A stretch of 64,000 bases of DNA. It comes from Lama guanicoe (lineage: Eukaryota). Positions 12,747-25,640 of the stretch are shown piece by piece. The stretch spans positions 4,853,846-4,917,845 of the forward strand of contig MU056737.1 of NCBI GenBank assembly GCA_013239625.1. The letters run 5' to 3'. Positions within the stretch are counted from its first letter, which is position 1; the number at the start of each line of letters is the position of its first letter. A program made the translations under genes and the position numbers. Under the pieces are notes generated by a model, which worked only from the letters and a program-made list of their open reading frames with translations, was not told the origin of the DNA and ran no database searches.

Positions 12747-14949
12747 CTGTGGGGAGAGCAGCAGGACCTGTGTTAACGAGGCGAAGCCAAGCAGAGCTGC
12801 TGTTCCCGGCTTTCCCGCCACGTCGTCCCCTCGCGGAGGGCGGTTCACGGCCAGGTCTCCTCCTTACAGACACTCCGGCTCCCAGAGGCCCCTGCACCAG
12901 AAACTGCTGGGTGCTTTGCTAGTGGAAAACCAGGCGGGAGGAGGCTGGACAGCTGGAAGGCAGGAGCCCCCGGCCAGGCATGCACTCTGGTCCAAAGAGG
13001 GAAGCCGTCTGCAGAAAGCGGCCAACTTCCCTACCTGGAAAGGTTTGGCCACGGCCCCCAAGCACACACGGTGGCCACCAGACCTGCTCGCGGCCATGTC
13101 TGGGCAACTTGCTCCTCCTAACCCCACCCTGCTCGAGAGCCACACGTTTGAAGTGAAATGAGGGGTACTGTTACTGGGAAAGCAGTTATCGTGGGGCTTA
13201 ATGTACTGTGTCTGGAACCAATTACACCATATTTATACTCAAATGTTATGACAAAGAGCTTTATATATAACAAGGGCAAAGCAGTTATGAAGGCAAAGTC
13301 CATGTGATTATGCATTAATTACATGCACTGCAGATCACATGATAATTATGCTCCGAATTACCAAATAACTCCCAAGAATAATTATTATACAATTTGTACA
13401 TTTTAGATCTTATGGTAACACTGTAGCACTTAGCGCTATCCCGTGCAATTATCCATAATTATCTAATCACTAAATATCATGTAATTACAGAGATATATTT
13501 TTATGCCCTGTACAAAAACACATTACCAAAATCTTCAAATCAGGACGGCTGTGCGTTTGTGTGCATTGGTGTGTGTCTGAGTGCAGCACAAGAAGGTCCA
13601 GGACTCACTGAGAACACACGTTCTCAGTAGAATTAAAAGAACAGCTCTTACATGTAAACTGTCTTCATAGACCCACTGGAACACTTTTTCAAATGCAAAT
13701 CTAACATTTTTTAAAACTTACAACTGGCAAGATTCAAACTGTTGGAACAGTTTCCAACTGAGTCTAAATCTCAGAAGACCTGACAGCATTACCCAGAGTG
13801 AAGCTGACGGAAAAGTCGCCCGCTCAGCTGCCTCCTGCGGCCACCAGCAGCTGAGGGTGATGCGACGTTTGGAGAGAGGGTCGGAGACCCAGCCTCACAG
13901 GCACTGTCACCCTTACTTTGGGGTTAAACATGCTTAGAAGTAAGCTAGTCTGTTCCTTTTGTTTGACAAAAGCACCTAAAAAACTGCCCCACATGCGATG
14001 TGTTTGTGTGGCTGTTACTGGTCTACCCCCAGGAGGCATGTCTGCAGTATGAGCATGTGGTCCAGCACTGTGCGCTGGGGAATGGGCATGGTCTCAGCAC
14101 GCCACTCCCAGAAGGATGGTCTTACTATTATTATCTACCAGGAAACAGAAAAATCAAGAGCACAGAAGGAACTTACTATGAAAAAAAATCATTTTAAAAA
14201 TTTAAATAACAGAACTGCAGTAATATTTTTATCTAAAGAGCAGAGCAGTCTGAGCCGTGCCCATTCTGGGGTCTGTGTGGAGGCCACGTGATGGATGTGT
14301 CTGTCGGGGCAGTGAGGGACCCCTGAACCTCTAAGCGCTCCTGGCAGCACTCGGGAACCAGGCACACAGATATAGGGGCTGGACGTCCTCCATGAGCATG
14401 TCTCCTAGGCAGGTTGGAGAGACAAAACCCTGGGTGAGCACACACTTGCCTGCTCTTCCCACTCGGTTCAGCCACACCCTGGGCCACACGTGAGAGGCTG
14501 TGTAGGGTGGAGAGGAGGCGGCAGGTGGCCAGGGGCCCAGGACCTGAGAAAACACATGTGGGGCCCCCATGTTTCCCTTGGCCTGTCATCTCAGACGTGG
14601 AGCTGAATCAACCAGCAGCCCAGATGCCGACGAGGCCCCAGCTGAAGTCGCCTCTCTCTAGTCAGTGGCCAGGAAAGGAGCAACTGAGCACATTGTGGAC
14701 GATGCAGCTCCCCTACCCCCAAAACCTAGAAGAAAGCATGACCCCACCCCCACTCACACAAAGGCTGAGAGGGGGCCTCCGCATCCTCCACTGTGAGGCC
14801 AGTGACCCCGACTGGGTCCCCTCTGGGTGGTAACCACCTGTTCTTATCAGTGGAGACCATGTTGGGAGTTCAGACTCCCACCCATCCCTCTCCCAGCTGT
14901 GAGGACAAGACCCTCCCTGCAGATGTCAGCAGAGGTCCAGTGAGGAACC

Positions 14950-17900
14950 CCAACTTCCACCTCCACTGTCAGTAACAGAGCCCCCTCCACACCCCAGCAG
15001 AGTGGTGCCAGAAAAAGCCAGTTAAAGCACAAGGTTTACATGAGACCCAGAGTCCCATAATATAACCCAGATATGTCCAGGTTTCAACAGGGAACCACTC
15101 TTCTCAAAACCAAGAAAACCTCAAACCAAATGGAGAAAGATGATCAGTAAACACCAGCACTAACATGACATAGATGCACCCATTTTCTGACAGAGACTGT
15201 AAACCCACCATGTTAAAGATGCTTCAGTGAACAATTATGAACACACTTGAAGCAAATTAAAAATGGAAAGCCTCAACAAAGAAATAGAAAGTCTCAGCAA
15301 ATAGATAAATGCTGAAAATACTATAACTGAAAAAGACAATAACCAAAACAAACAGGTCAGTGGATGTGCTTTATAGAAAGATGGAGGGGGCAGAGCAGAG
15401 AGAATCAGTGATCTGGAAGACAGAAGAGTAGAGTAGAAATTACCCAATTCCAGCAACAGAGAGAAGACAGTCTGAAAAAAAGGGGGCAGAGCCTCTGGGT
15501 TGTGGGGCTGTAACAAAAAATCTAATGCTTATGTCATAAGAGTCCCAGGAGAGGAGAAGGAAGACAGTGCTGAAAGGCACTCCAAAAAATGACTGAAGAT
15601 TTCTTTTTGACAAGAGTAAACCTAAAGATTCCAGATGCTGAGCATCACAAATGGGATAAACTCAAATCTCCTCTGGGACACACGATAATTAAACTTCAGA
15701 AAACTAAAGGCAAAGGAAACAGTAGCCAGAGAAATAACACCATACCCATGAGGTGAACATAATTCAGTGACAGAGGAGTTCTCATCAGGAACCACAGAGG
15801 CCACGTGAAATCACACATTTTTCAAATGCTGGGAGAAAAAAAAGCTGTCAATCCAGAATCCTGATAATCCTCCAGTCCAGACACCCAGTGACAATATCGT
15901 ACAGGAGTGACAGGGAAATGGAAACATCCTCAGGCAAATGAAAATGAGAGCCTCCTTTACCAGCAGGCCTACCCTGAAAGGCCTGCTAGGAGAACTTCTG
16001 TAAATAGAAAGGTGGTGACAGAAGGAGAAGCCTCAGAACATCAAGAAGGAAAAAGCATGAAAGTGAAGGTCTGAGGGAAATGCGACCCCTTCTCCCTCCC
16101 TTGAGTTTCCTGAGTTACGTTTCACAGTTGAGGCAAATGTTATTAACATTGTCTGATGTGCTTCTAGTTATATGTAGAGGAAATATTTTAAGTAACTATA
16201 ATAAACCAGGTGAAGAATCACTCAGGGAGGTAAGGGTTTAGACCCCACTCAAAATGGTAAAAAAATGATGACACCAGCAAACGGTGACAGTTTTGTACAT
16301 ATAATGTAATATCCATACCAACCAAGAGATACAGTCAAAACACTGTAGATAAATCAATATGGATTTGAAAAAAAAGTAAATATAACCTAAAGGAATGAAG
16401 GAAAAAGAATACACAGAAGAAATAGAACAAACAGAAAACAAAAATAGTAAGATGGGATTCAATAATTACATTAAACATAAATGGGCTAAATACACCAATG
16501 AGGACAGACATTGACCAAGCGGATTAAAAACGCATGACCCAAATATATGCCATTTATAAAAAACTCACTCCAACTTTCAGGTTGAAAGTAAAAGGATTAA
16601 AAAAAAACTGTCAGTCAAACAAAAGCAGTAATAACAGATAAATCTTCAGAGCAAACAAATCAGAGAGAGACACATGCCTCAGGGACAGAGGTAAATCCAC
16701 CAAGAAGACACACACCCTAAATTCATGTGCACCAAACAACAGAGCTGCCAAGTATGTGAAGCAGAAACTGACAGGACCGAAAGGAGAAACAGACAAATCC
16801 AGCTAACGTGGACCAGATCCTGGAATATAAAATAAAACTCAGCAAAATGAAAAGAATCAAAATCATTCAGAGTATATTCTCCAATCAGAATGGAATCAAA
16901 CTAGAAATCAATCATAGATACAACAAATCTCCAGACACTTGGAGATCAAACAGCACTGCTAAAGAGTCCATGGGTCAAAGGGAAACTTAGATGAAATGTC
17001 CCATTCCTCATAAAACACAAACTACCAAACTCATCAAATAGGAGACAGGTAATTTCATAGCCCTTTAACTATTAAGGAAATTGAATCCATAATTTAAAGC
17101 CTCCACAAAAAGAAATCTCCAGATCCAGAAGGTTTCACTGGATAATTCTACCAAATATTTAAGGGAGAATTAACATGAATGCTACACAATTCCTTCCAGA
17201 AAACAGAAAAGGAGCAAATGTCCCCAGTTAATTTTAGATGTTAATATTAGTTAATACTAACATGACACCAAAAGCAGACGAAGACAGTAAACAAACAACA
17301 AAAAACAACCCTGCAGACCAACATCCCTCATAAATATAAACATTAAGACCCGTAAGAAAGTACCTTAGCATATAAAATGCAGCAACACGTGAAAATAATT
17401 ATACTTCATACAGTTTACTCCAGGGATGCAAGGCTGGTTTAACCCTAAATCAATCAATTAGTTCAACACCTACTCACGATGGAAACTCTCAGGAAAACAG
17501 GGCCGGGGAAGACTTCAGGGCTTCACCGCCTCGACAACGAGCATCCGCACGAGCCTGCGGCCAGCACCACACTTAACGGTGAGAAGCTGGAAGCTTTCCC
17601 ACTGCGGTCAGGAATGAGGCAGGGTGTGCTCCCTCACCACGTTCACTCAGCAGAGCTGCAAGTTCTCAGCACCGCAATGGGCAGCAGAAGGAAATGAGAA
17701 ACATGCAGGTGAGAAAGGAAGAAACCTGCCTGTTTCCAGGCGATATAATTTCCCACATGGAAAATACCAGTGAATCTACAAAAAACGCCTAGAATAAATT
17801 ATTTGTCTGTATATTAGCTACAGCCACATTGACACTGCAACTAAAATACTATTTACAGTCACTCCAGAAGGTGAATACTTGGGTATAAATCTGACAGAAC

Positions 17901-19250
17901 GTGTTCAGGACTGTGCACACTGAAAACTACAGTGTTGATGAAAGAAATCAAAGATCTAAGTAAGCCACAGGCATGCTGTGTTCATGGGCTGAAAGTCTCA
18001 ACATAATAACGATGTAAATCCTCTCCAAACCGATACAGAAGTCTCACTCAATTCCTATCAAGATCCCAGCAAGAGCCTTTGCGGACACAGACAAGAAACT
18101 TCATTGGGATAGCAGAGGACCTGGGAGCTAAAACAGTCCGGAAAAAAAGAAGAAGAAAGAAGGAGACATTGCTCTACCTACAGATCCCACCCCTGTGACC
18201 CAACCGCACCAGCCGGTCACCAAGACCTCATGGTGCCATGGACAATGGGCACACAGGTCACCAGAGCAGAGCAGGGGTCCAGGAAAAGACCCACACAGGA
18301 ACGTCCAGCAGATTCTGACACAAGTGCAAAAGCAACTTGGTGCTGAAAAATTGCCTTTTCGACAGATGGAGCTGGAGGGTTGAGCTTCCAGAGGGGAAAA
18401 CAGGAGCCTCAGCGCAGGGCTCAGGGTTTACACAGTAAGTAACCCAAATGGGTTATGGATGCAAACGTCAAATATAAGACAGTGAAAAGTTTAGAGGAAT
18501 CAAAAATCAAAAATCTTTGGAGCCAAGGTGAGGCAGCGAGTTCTTAGACTTGACACCAAACGTCATCCATAAAAAGAAAGTCCAATAAAATCGATCTCAT
18601 CAAAATTAAAACTTCTGCTCTGTGAAAGGTCCTGTTAGAGGATGAGGAGGCGAGCACAGACTGGGAGAGAGAACCTCAAACTACACAGCCAGTGAGGGAC
18701 TAATCTGTGACACAGGCAGAGCTCTCAGGATGGGACAGTGAAAAATCCAGTTACAAGTGGGCAAAAGGCACGAAGAGACATCGCATCGAAGAGGATGTGC
18801 AGGCGGCGAACCAGCCCACGTGAGGCTGCGCGACAGCATTCGCCTTCAGGGAAACGCAAACGAAATGCACAGCGAAACACCACTGACCCCTATCAGAAGG
18901 GCTAGGGCAAAACACAGCAACAGCTCCAAATCCTGGTGAGGATCTGGAGAAACCAGAACACAGCTACGTTTCCGGTGGGGCCACAAAACGGCACAGACAG
19001 GCAGAAAAACAGTCTGACGGTCTTGGAAAACTAAACATACACATCACACAGCCAGCAATTGAACCCCTGGCCATTTATTCCAGAAAAATGAAGATTTACC
19101 CCGAATAGGAAGCAGCCCAGATGTCACTCAGTGGGTGAGGGGTAAACAGGCAGGTCCTCCCCACAGTGCACAAGCCCTCAGCAGTCAAGACAACTCAGTG
19201 ATGAAAAGGAAGGCACTGCAGACACAGCGGCGACCCGGACGCACCCTCAC
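14950..19250 (+). mobile_element. Large old L1 (L1M4/L1MC-like): degenerate ORF1, inter-ORF region and ORF2 with internal deletions
   Basis: A-rich plus strand. ORF1-like 15200-15990. Endonuclease start ataattacattaaacataaatgggctaaa (IITLNxNGLN) near 16462. Also tggaatcaaactagaaatcaat, ggtttcactggataattctaccaaatatttaa, cagggatgcaaggctggtttaac, gaagctttcccactg.ggtcaggaa and a C-terminal part to about 19250. Many stops and frameshifts. Confidence 0.92.
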
Positions 19251-19369
19251 CGCTGTAACTTGCACGACCGGCTCCCATGCCCCCTATCAGGCAGGTCCTC
19301 CAGACCGCTGCCCTTTCACGGGCCAGCGCTGCCACGATTGGGTGCACGGTCAGCTAAGGTCCAGGTTGA

Positions 19370-19575
19370 AGTGTGATGATCATATTATAAAGACATATGC
19401 TGACAGCTATGGGAGTAGAAAAACGAAGACACCCGTTTGGAGAGAGGGACCTGGGAAGAGCTTCATAGAGGGTGTGATGCTCGAACCGAGGTTGGAAGGA
19501 TGAATGAACAGTCCTCACAGGTGGAGGAAGGTCAGGGCACACCCAGGGTGACGGAGGAGCAGAATACGGGGAGTG
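19370..19575 (-). mobile_element. L2 relic
   Basis: agctatgggag...ctgggaagagcttcatagagggtgtgatgctcgaaccgaggttggaaggatgaat. Confidence 0.55.
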
Positions 19576-20099
19576 TCCCCGCTGCACAGCAGGCGCCCGG
19601 GCCCCTTCTCCCCGGTCAGGACCGGCGAGGGCCGGGGGTCCCTCCGCCAGGGAGGAAGGGACAGGCCGGGGGCTGGAGAACATCCTCGTTCCCTGCAGGT
19701 TCCCGGAGCGGGAGGGACCAGCCTGCGTCTCCAGGCAGATCCTGTGCATCAATCTGAATGGAGTGGGGCTCATCTGGCACCACAGCACAGCAGAGCAGGA
19801 CTCGGGCGCAGGAGGGAGGTCGCAGCCCCAAGGGTCCCCATGACCCATGCCCCTTCGAAAGGCGTTTTTCTGCCCGAGTTACCGCCCTCTCGACCCAACC
19901 ACACTCACGGCCTCCGCACCGCCGGGGAGCCCGTCTCCTGGAACCGTCTTACTGCAGACTTGAGGTTTCTTGCTCATCACTCTGTGACCCCTTTCCCTCT
20001 GTTCTTTCATGTCGACTTCCTCCCTGTTACGTTGCAAGTCCCCCAGGTGGGGACAAGGTGGGGGCTGTCCGGGGGGCATGGGCTTCACTGTCCCCACAG

Positions 20100-22270
20100 T
20101 GGCTGAAGCACCTGTCCATGGGTCAGCCAATGCTGAGCCCAGGCTGCCTCGGTCCCTCCCGGAGAAGAGGCTGCAGGCGCACGCGGGTCCGAGACCGCAC
20201 GGGGCCCGGAGGAGCCGGGCGTGGAGCAGGGAGGGCGACGCCAAGGCCTCTGCCTGCTGGGCTGTGTGCGCCCGTCACGGCCGAGCCGACGCAGCTCCGC
20301 GGGGCCCCACTGCCTCGCCGTTGGCCACGGGGCAGAAGGTCCTCCTGGGCCTCCCAGGTGTCAGGACGACACGAACTCCCACACGGCTTGCAGAGCGCTG
20401 TCCGGACAAGAGCGAGCTTTCCCGGAACCACACGGACACGCCGTTCGAGCCCCACGCCTCAGGCCTTCGTTTTCCCAACAGCGAAGGACAACCGCAGGGA
20501 GTGGAGAAGCGCGAGTGCTCGCCCCGGCTGAGCTCGGGCGCAGCCGGGGCGGGGCCTCGCTGCGGGCCGGCAACGTGATGGAGCTCTCCCCCAAGGAACA
20601 GGCCCCGCGCCCGTCTGCGCTGCCGCCAGCGAGCCTCACGCGGCCCCCGGGGCCCCGGCACGCTCAGCACGTGGACTGGCTGCGTGAGGCAAGACGCCAC
20701 CGTTTTCCAAACCGTGACACTGCGTCCGTGCTTCCAGCCAGCAGCCGGTGCTGCAACGCCTCCTTCAAAGCAGGTTTGCTGACGGCCCCGCCCGTAAGTA
20801 AAAGCGCTCGCTTCCCTCCACACGGACCTCAAGGCCCACGTCATGCCCCCAAACTCGCCAAACAGTACTGCTTCCTGAAACGTCTACTCACGCTGGTTTG
20901 GGCCACCAGGGAGGGATTCCACCGGCATCTTGTGACTGATTCTTAAGTGAACGCCGCACAGCCCACGGGTCCCCTGACAAGGTGTCACAGCTTCAGGGCC
21001 TCCTAAGTGCTTATGAGCAAGAAAACACTGGAGAGCATTTTTTACAGTCACGGAGATGCTGCAGCTTCAAAACACACATGGACCTGAGGGAAGAGGGCCA
21101 CGCAGCTCGAGCAGCGCGGACACCTCAAACGTCCCGGCCCAGCCGCTGACACAAGACGCGTCCCACACAGAGGCCGTGCCTTCACTCGGCTGCTCGGTCC
21201 CGTTGCTGAAGCTGCTCTCCTTGCCTCTGTGCTGCTTCCAAGTCTCACTTGAGTCTGATCTGGCCCAAACTGCACCCTAGCGGCTCGCGGCCCACCCGCA
21301 GGCTCTCCCCGAGGACGACGGGGCTGCACGAGCCCCTCCGCACCCGCGCCCTCCCCGCAGGCCACCGTCCCTCCCTGTGCTCGGGCGCCAGCAACGCGTG
21401 GACGGCGAGCGCCTTCCGACGACTCCGACCGGTGATGGGCGCGAGGGGGAAACCCGCGGCGGAAGAAGCCCGCTGAGCCGGGCTGTCCCAGCCAGAGCAG
21501 GGCTCTTAGCCCACAGGGAGCACGTCAGGGAAGGCCCGGCGTTCAGTGACGCGCAGCCGAGACCTCCGCCCCTTTCGGACAGCGAGGCCACAGCAAGGAG
21601 GGCGGCCGCCCCACCGCGCAGCCCTGCTGCCTCCCGCGGTCCCAGACAGACGCCCCTGCGAGAGCCACATTCAGGACAGCCGGGGTGACAGTCGCCATCA
21701 CTGCGGAGAGGGGGAGGGCCGCCGATCGCCCATCGGCTTCAGGAGAAGAAACACTCGGCTGAGGGCTGGTTCCCCACCTTTCCAGGTCGCTCCGGGGGAC
21801 CCGGGACATGTCGCAGCCGCACTCCGCCCCCGGAGTCCTCGAGGTCTCCGCCGAGGGCCCCAGGGAGCTTCCGGCGGCCAGTCTGAAGACCCAGAGGTCC
21901 TGCCGGCCAGGCCCCGACCCCTGGGGGAGGGGTGCTCTGCCAGTTTCTGCGTGTTCCGAGCACTGAGCACGACTAGGTCCTAAGCCCCCTCCGCAGCACC
22001 TCCGTAGCCGACCCCGGTGCTCCGCTTGCCCCGTCACTACCCGCCCTCCCTCCCACGGCGTAGCCCACGTGCCCCTCTGACCGCGGCTGCAGCACCCGGC
22101 CCCGGCCGACAGCACGCGGCCTCGTTCCCTGGAAGTCCCGAGGCGGCCCCTGCTCGGTGAGGAGGGAACGTCGAGGCCGCGTCCTGACGATGGGCATCTC
22201 CAGGTCAGACCGCCCTTCCCGGGGCCGTCCACTGGGGCTCCCTCCCTGGGGCTCGGAAGCACTTCCACGG
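20100..22270. promoter_or_regulatory. CpG-island-like intronic segment
   Basis: Visibly very high GC and CpG density (cgcggcgg, gccggggcggggcc, ccggccccggccg). The obs/exp ratio was not computed and the background is also CpG-rich. Confidence 0.5.
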
Positions 22271-22319
22271 CAGCTTTTACCTCTTAGCTCCCAAGTGCAG
22301 AAAAACGAAACTAACCTTC

Positions 22320-23021
22320 AAGAAGCAGCTTGGGGGCGGCACAAAAGTACCTCAAAGGAGACAAATGGAAAGTGACAAAGTCAAGGTATTGAGCTGGAGC
22401 TCGAGGCTGGGAAGTTCCCACAAACGTGTTCCACACCCCAAACGGTGGGAGGAGAGAGACATGGAGCATTCTCTTGAGGCGGGAAGCCCCATAAAAAAAA
22501 CCGCCGGGACCCCTAGGCAAGGCCGCTGCTCTTCTCCCAGCACCAGCCGGTTCCCTAGCCCAGAGCCTCTGTCTCACTTTTATGCCTCTAAAGCGGCTTA
22601 CACCTAGAATTCTATTGGTTCCCTGAGCTCACTTCTGATTGGTTATTTCCTTCACTCCTGATTGGTTATTACTCTCACTCCTGATTGGTTATTATTCTCA
22701 TTTCTGATTGGTCCATTTCCCTAACTTCTGATTGGTCCATTTGTAGCACTTCATTTGCATGGAGCTCACTCCTGATTGGCCTGTTTCTACAAAGCTTGTT
22801 CCTGGTTGGTCAACCTCTGTTATACTTTATTTGCATATGATGTTGCCAAGTGTGAAACTGGCAGCCTATAAAAGGCCTGTGTAAACCTATAGCCGGGGTC
22901 CAGAGCTTGAAGTGTCAACTTTTCTGAGCTCGCTGGCGTAATAAACCTGAGTTCTCAACTCTTCGAGTGCTCATTAGTGTCTTGCCAGGATCCGGGTGGT
23001 TGTTACAACTGAGCTGTAACA
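22320..23021 (+). mobile_element. Solo ERV LTR (probably class I/ERV1); 5' boundary uncertain
   Basis: U3 has seven ATTGG boxes and two ATTTGCAT octamers, then TATAAAA at 22867-22873, AATAAA at 22940-22945 and a ...gagctgtaaCA terminus at 23021. No PBS or gag follows, and no short TSD was identified. Confidence 0.85.
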
Positions 23022-23057
23022 CCGACACGTTTTTGCAGAGGTACACTGCGCCGTCTG

Positions 23058-23124
23058 GTGTGTGTGTGTGCATGCACGTGTGTGCGAATGTTCATTGTGT
23101 GTGGGGGAGGGTGCGTGTGAGTGT
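23058..23124. repeat. (TG)n-rich tract
   Basis: gtgtgtgtgtgtgcatgcacgtgtgtgcg... Confidence 0.8.
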
Positions 23125-24349
23125 CTAACGGAAACTAACCTTTCTCTGAGCTTGCGTGTGGCTGACACAACAGACGAGCTACACGGGTGGGCCCCGTGGG
23201 GGTGGGGCAGGGGCAGGTGGTCACAGGCTGCGTGTCCTGGGCAGTGGCATCACCTTTCAGGTGACCAGGTCCCTCCTCTGTGCTGTGAGCGTCATATTAG
23301 ACAAAATGTGTTCCATCCTGTGATCGAGGTTCCCACGGAAACGTGACACAGGGACTCACGTGACAGGAAGTCTGATCTTTGACAGAGAGCGCAGAGCCCC
23401 CCTCCCAGCCGCTCCACGTGTTCTGTGGGCCTAGCAGGGATGAGCCCTCAGGCCTGTGCCCCAGGAGGCCCGGCTCGCTGGGTGAGCTGTTTCACAGCGA
23501 GCCTGGCTGATGGGGCGGAGCCTGGTCGCCTGACCAGGAGCGTGTGGCTGGTGGGGCCTCACTGATCTGGTGTGAGGAGGCATCTCTCCCACGCTGTCGG
23601 AGAGCACGTGGGCCGCCCCCACCTGAGCCAAAGCAGAGTCCGGAGCAGGTCTCCTGAGAGAGAACAGAGTCTCCTTATGAAGAACAGGCCTCGCCCTCCC
23701 CACCCGCATCAATAAACTGGCTGAGGGAGCTTTCCAGACTGGACCTACTGTGGTGGACAGGAAGGAGCTTTGCAGCCCGAATCCATGACGGTCAGGACTG
23801 CCCTACAAACCCTCGGTGCCACTCCCCTGAGGGTCAGGCAGGACCCTGCGCGGCTGCTGTGCAGACTGAGAGGGGCCTTGCTGCCACCCGCCTGGCGCCT
23901 CCAGTGCCGTCGGACAGGGCCCACCCCGACCCCCGGGAAAACACCACCTCCCATCTGCCGAGGCACACTGGCCTGCTTGGCAGAGCAGGACTTCCCGAGA
24001 CCCCCTCCGCCTGTGAGGATAAAACTGCATGTTTCCCTGCAGTAATGACACAGGCCTGTGTGCCATTGAGACTCATTAAAAACGCATCGTCTGGGCTGGG
24101 TCGCGTTTGCAGATTGACTGGTTTATGTATTAGATTTGTTTAACATGCACACTTCTCCTAAGCCTCTGGGTCATGTAGCAAAATATAAACACCCATCAAA
24201 AATTAAATTCAAGCCAGCACTTCCAGGCAGGAAGAGGGGAAGGGCACCAGCGTCATGGAAATAGCCATGCGAGACCGCGGTGGGTCTCCTGCTGACCTAG
24301 AGGCCGCTTCCCTGAGGTGAGAGACAGAGAGAAATGAGGGGGCTGAGAG

Positions 24350-24660
24350 CTGCCTGTGTCCCAGAAGTGCACCTGGAAGCGCCAGCCCCCAGGGGATGGT
24401 CTGGGGAGGTGGGGCCTCGGGGAGGTGATCTCCAGGGTACAGCGTCCATAGCGGGGCCAGTACCCTTAGAAGAAGAGGAAGAGACCAGAGCCCCTCCCTC
24501 TGCCCGGCAAGGACAGGGGAAGGACGCCATCTACAAAACAAAACCGGGTCCTCACCAGACACGACCCTGCAGCGCCTTGACCTTGGGCTTCTGGGCCCCA
24601 GACTGGGAACAGAAAACGCCTGCTGTTCAGATCAGGCTGGGGTTCCGTCCGGAGTCTGGG
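24350..24660 (+). mobile_element. MLT1 (ERVL-MaLR) LTR relic
   Basis: gaggtggggcct.ggggaggtgat...cccttagaagaagaggaagagaccagag...gccatctacaa...cctcaccagacac...gccttgaccttgggcttc...ctgctgttcag. Confidence 0.8.
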
Positions 24661-25144
24661 CGGACTGACACAGAGGCTTCAGATTTGGAGCCGACATGCC
24701 TGGATCCGGACCCCGACTCGGCTCCAGGCGTGCTGGTCTGGAGGAGAGCCCAGGCCAGCAGGACTGACCTGCCAAGGCCGCGAAGGCAGGAGAGAGCAGG
24801 GGAGGCCTCCTGACCTGGGAGCATCTCTAAGGAAATGCAGACGGGGACACGCATTTCCCGTGCACACGACCGCAGCAGGCATCCCTCCTGACACCTCGCA
24901 GGGGTGAGAGGGACTGGCCAGCGCAGCCAGCGTCCCGACCTGGGCACTGACACATCCATGCCCTGGAGATGCCAGTCAGCAGGGCAGTGGAGAGCAGCCA
25001 AATGGGGGGCACCGCCTCCCACGCAGGAGCCAGGCTTCCACTTTCTCCAAAGACCTGGAAACAGCTGCTGTTTGAACCCTGATTATAAAATGTGTGCCAC
25101 GAACTTAAACATTTTAAAACAGTAAGACCAAGAAATAAAACAAA

Positions 25145-25202
25145 ACACATGCGTGCTCACACACATACACACACGCACATACACACACACACACACACAC
25201 AC
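25145..25202. repeat. (CA)n microsatellite
   Basis: cacacatacacacacgcacatacacacacacacacacacac. Confidence 0.95.
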
Positions 25203-25487
25203 CCCACCCATGGGAGCGTCCAGCCCGACTTATAAGTGGCCGGTGAAGGGAAGGGGCTTTCCTTGGTTTAGGACACAGGAAGTTCACTCCTCGGGCGGAA
25301 GGGCCACACAGGGCCTGGGAGCTGCCCTGTCACGTGCCTGCCAAGCAGGTGGCAGCTCTAACTGGCACCTTTCATTAGTGGCCGCTCACTCCTAAATTCA
25401 ACATTTACTGAATGCACTCCAATTCAAGTGATTTTACTCTGCTTTGACGAGATACACCAAATCCTCCCAACGGTTTGTGCAGACGCA

Positions 25488-25640
25488 GTACACGCTCCCA
25501 TGGACGTGCACACACAGACTTGCACACACACGGATGTGCACACATGGACAGGCACTCGCATGGACATGCACACACGGATGTGCACACGCACACACGCACG
25601 TGCACATGCACCCTTCCTAAATGTCATGCCCACGTGTGTC
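25488..25640. repeat. Degenerate CA-rich purine-pyrimidine tract with recurring ATGGAC/GGATGTGCACAC units
   Basis: cacacacggatgtgcacaca occurs twice and atggac three times. Confidence 0.85.

Noticed and set aside
19573-22268. Many long overlapping ORFs of 150-257 aa; similar sets at 33.9-35.4, 37.3-38.1, 52.7-53.5 and 55.9-57.1 kb
   Set aside because: Ala/Arg/Gly/Pro-rich, present in several frames at once and with no recognisable domain. Expected from stop-codon scarcity in high-GC DNA.
22614-22780. Regularly spaced repeats superficially like a CRISPR array
   Set aside because: The context is mammalian. The units are tandem CCAAT boxes in an LTR U3, without unique spacers or cas genes.
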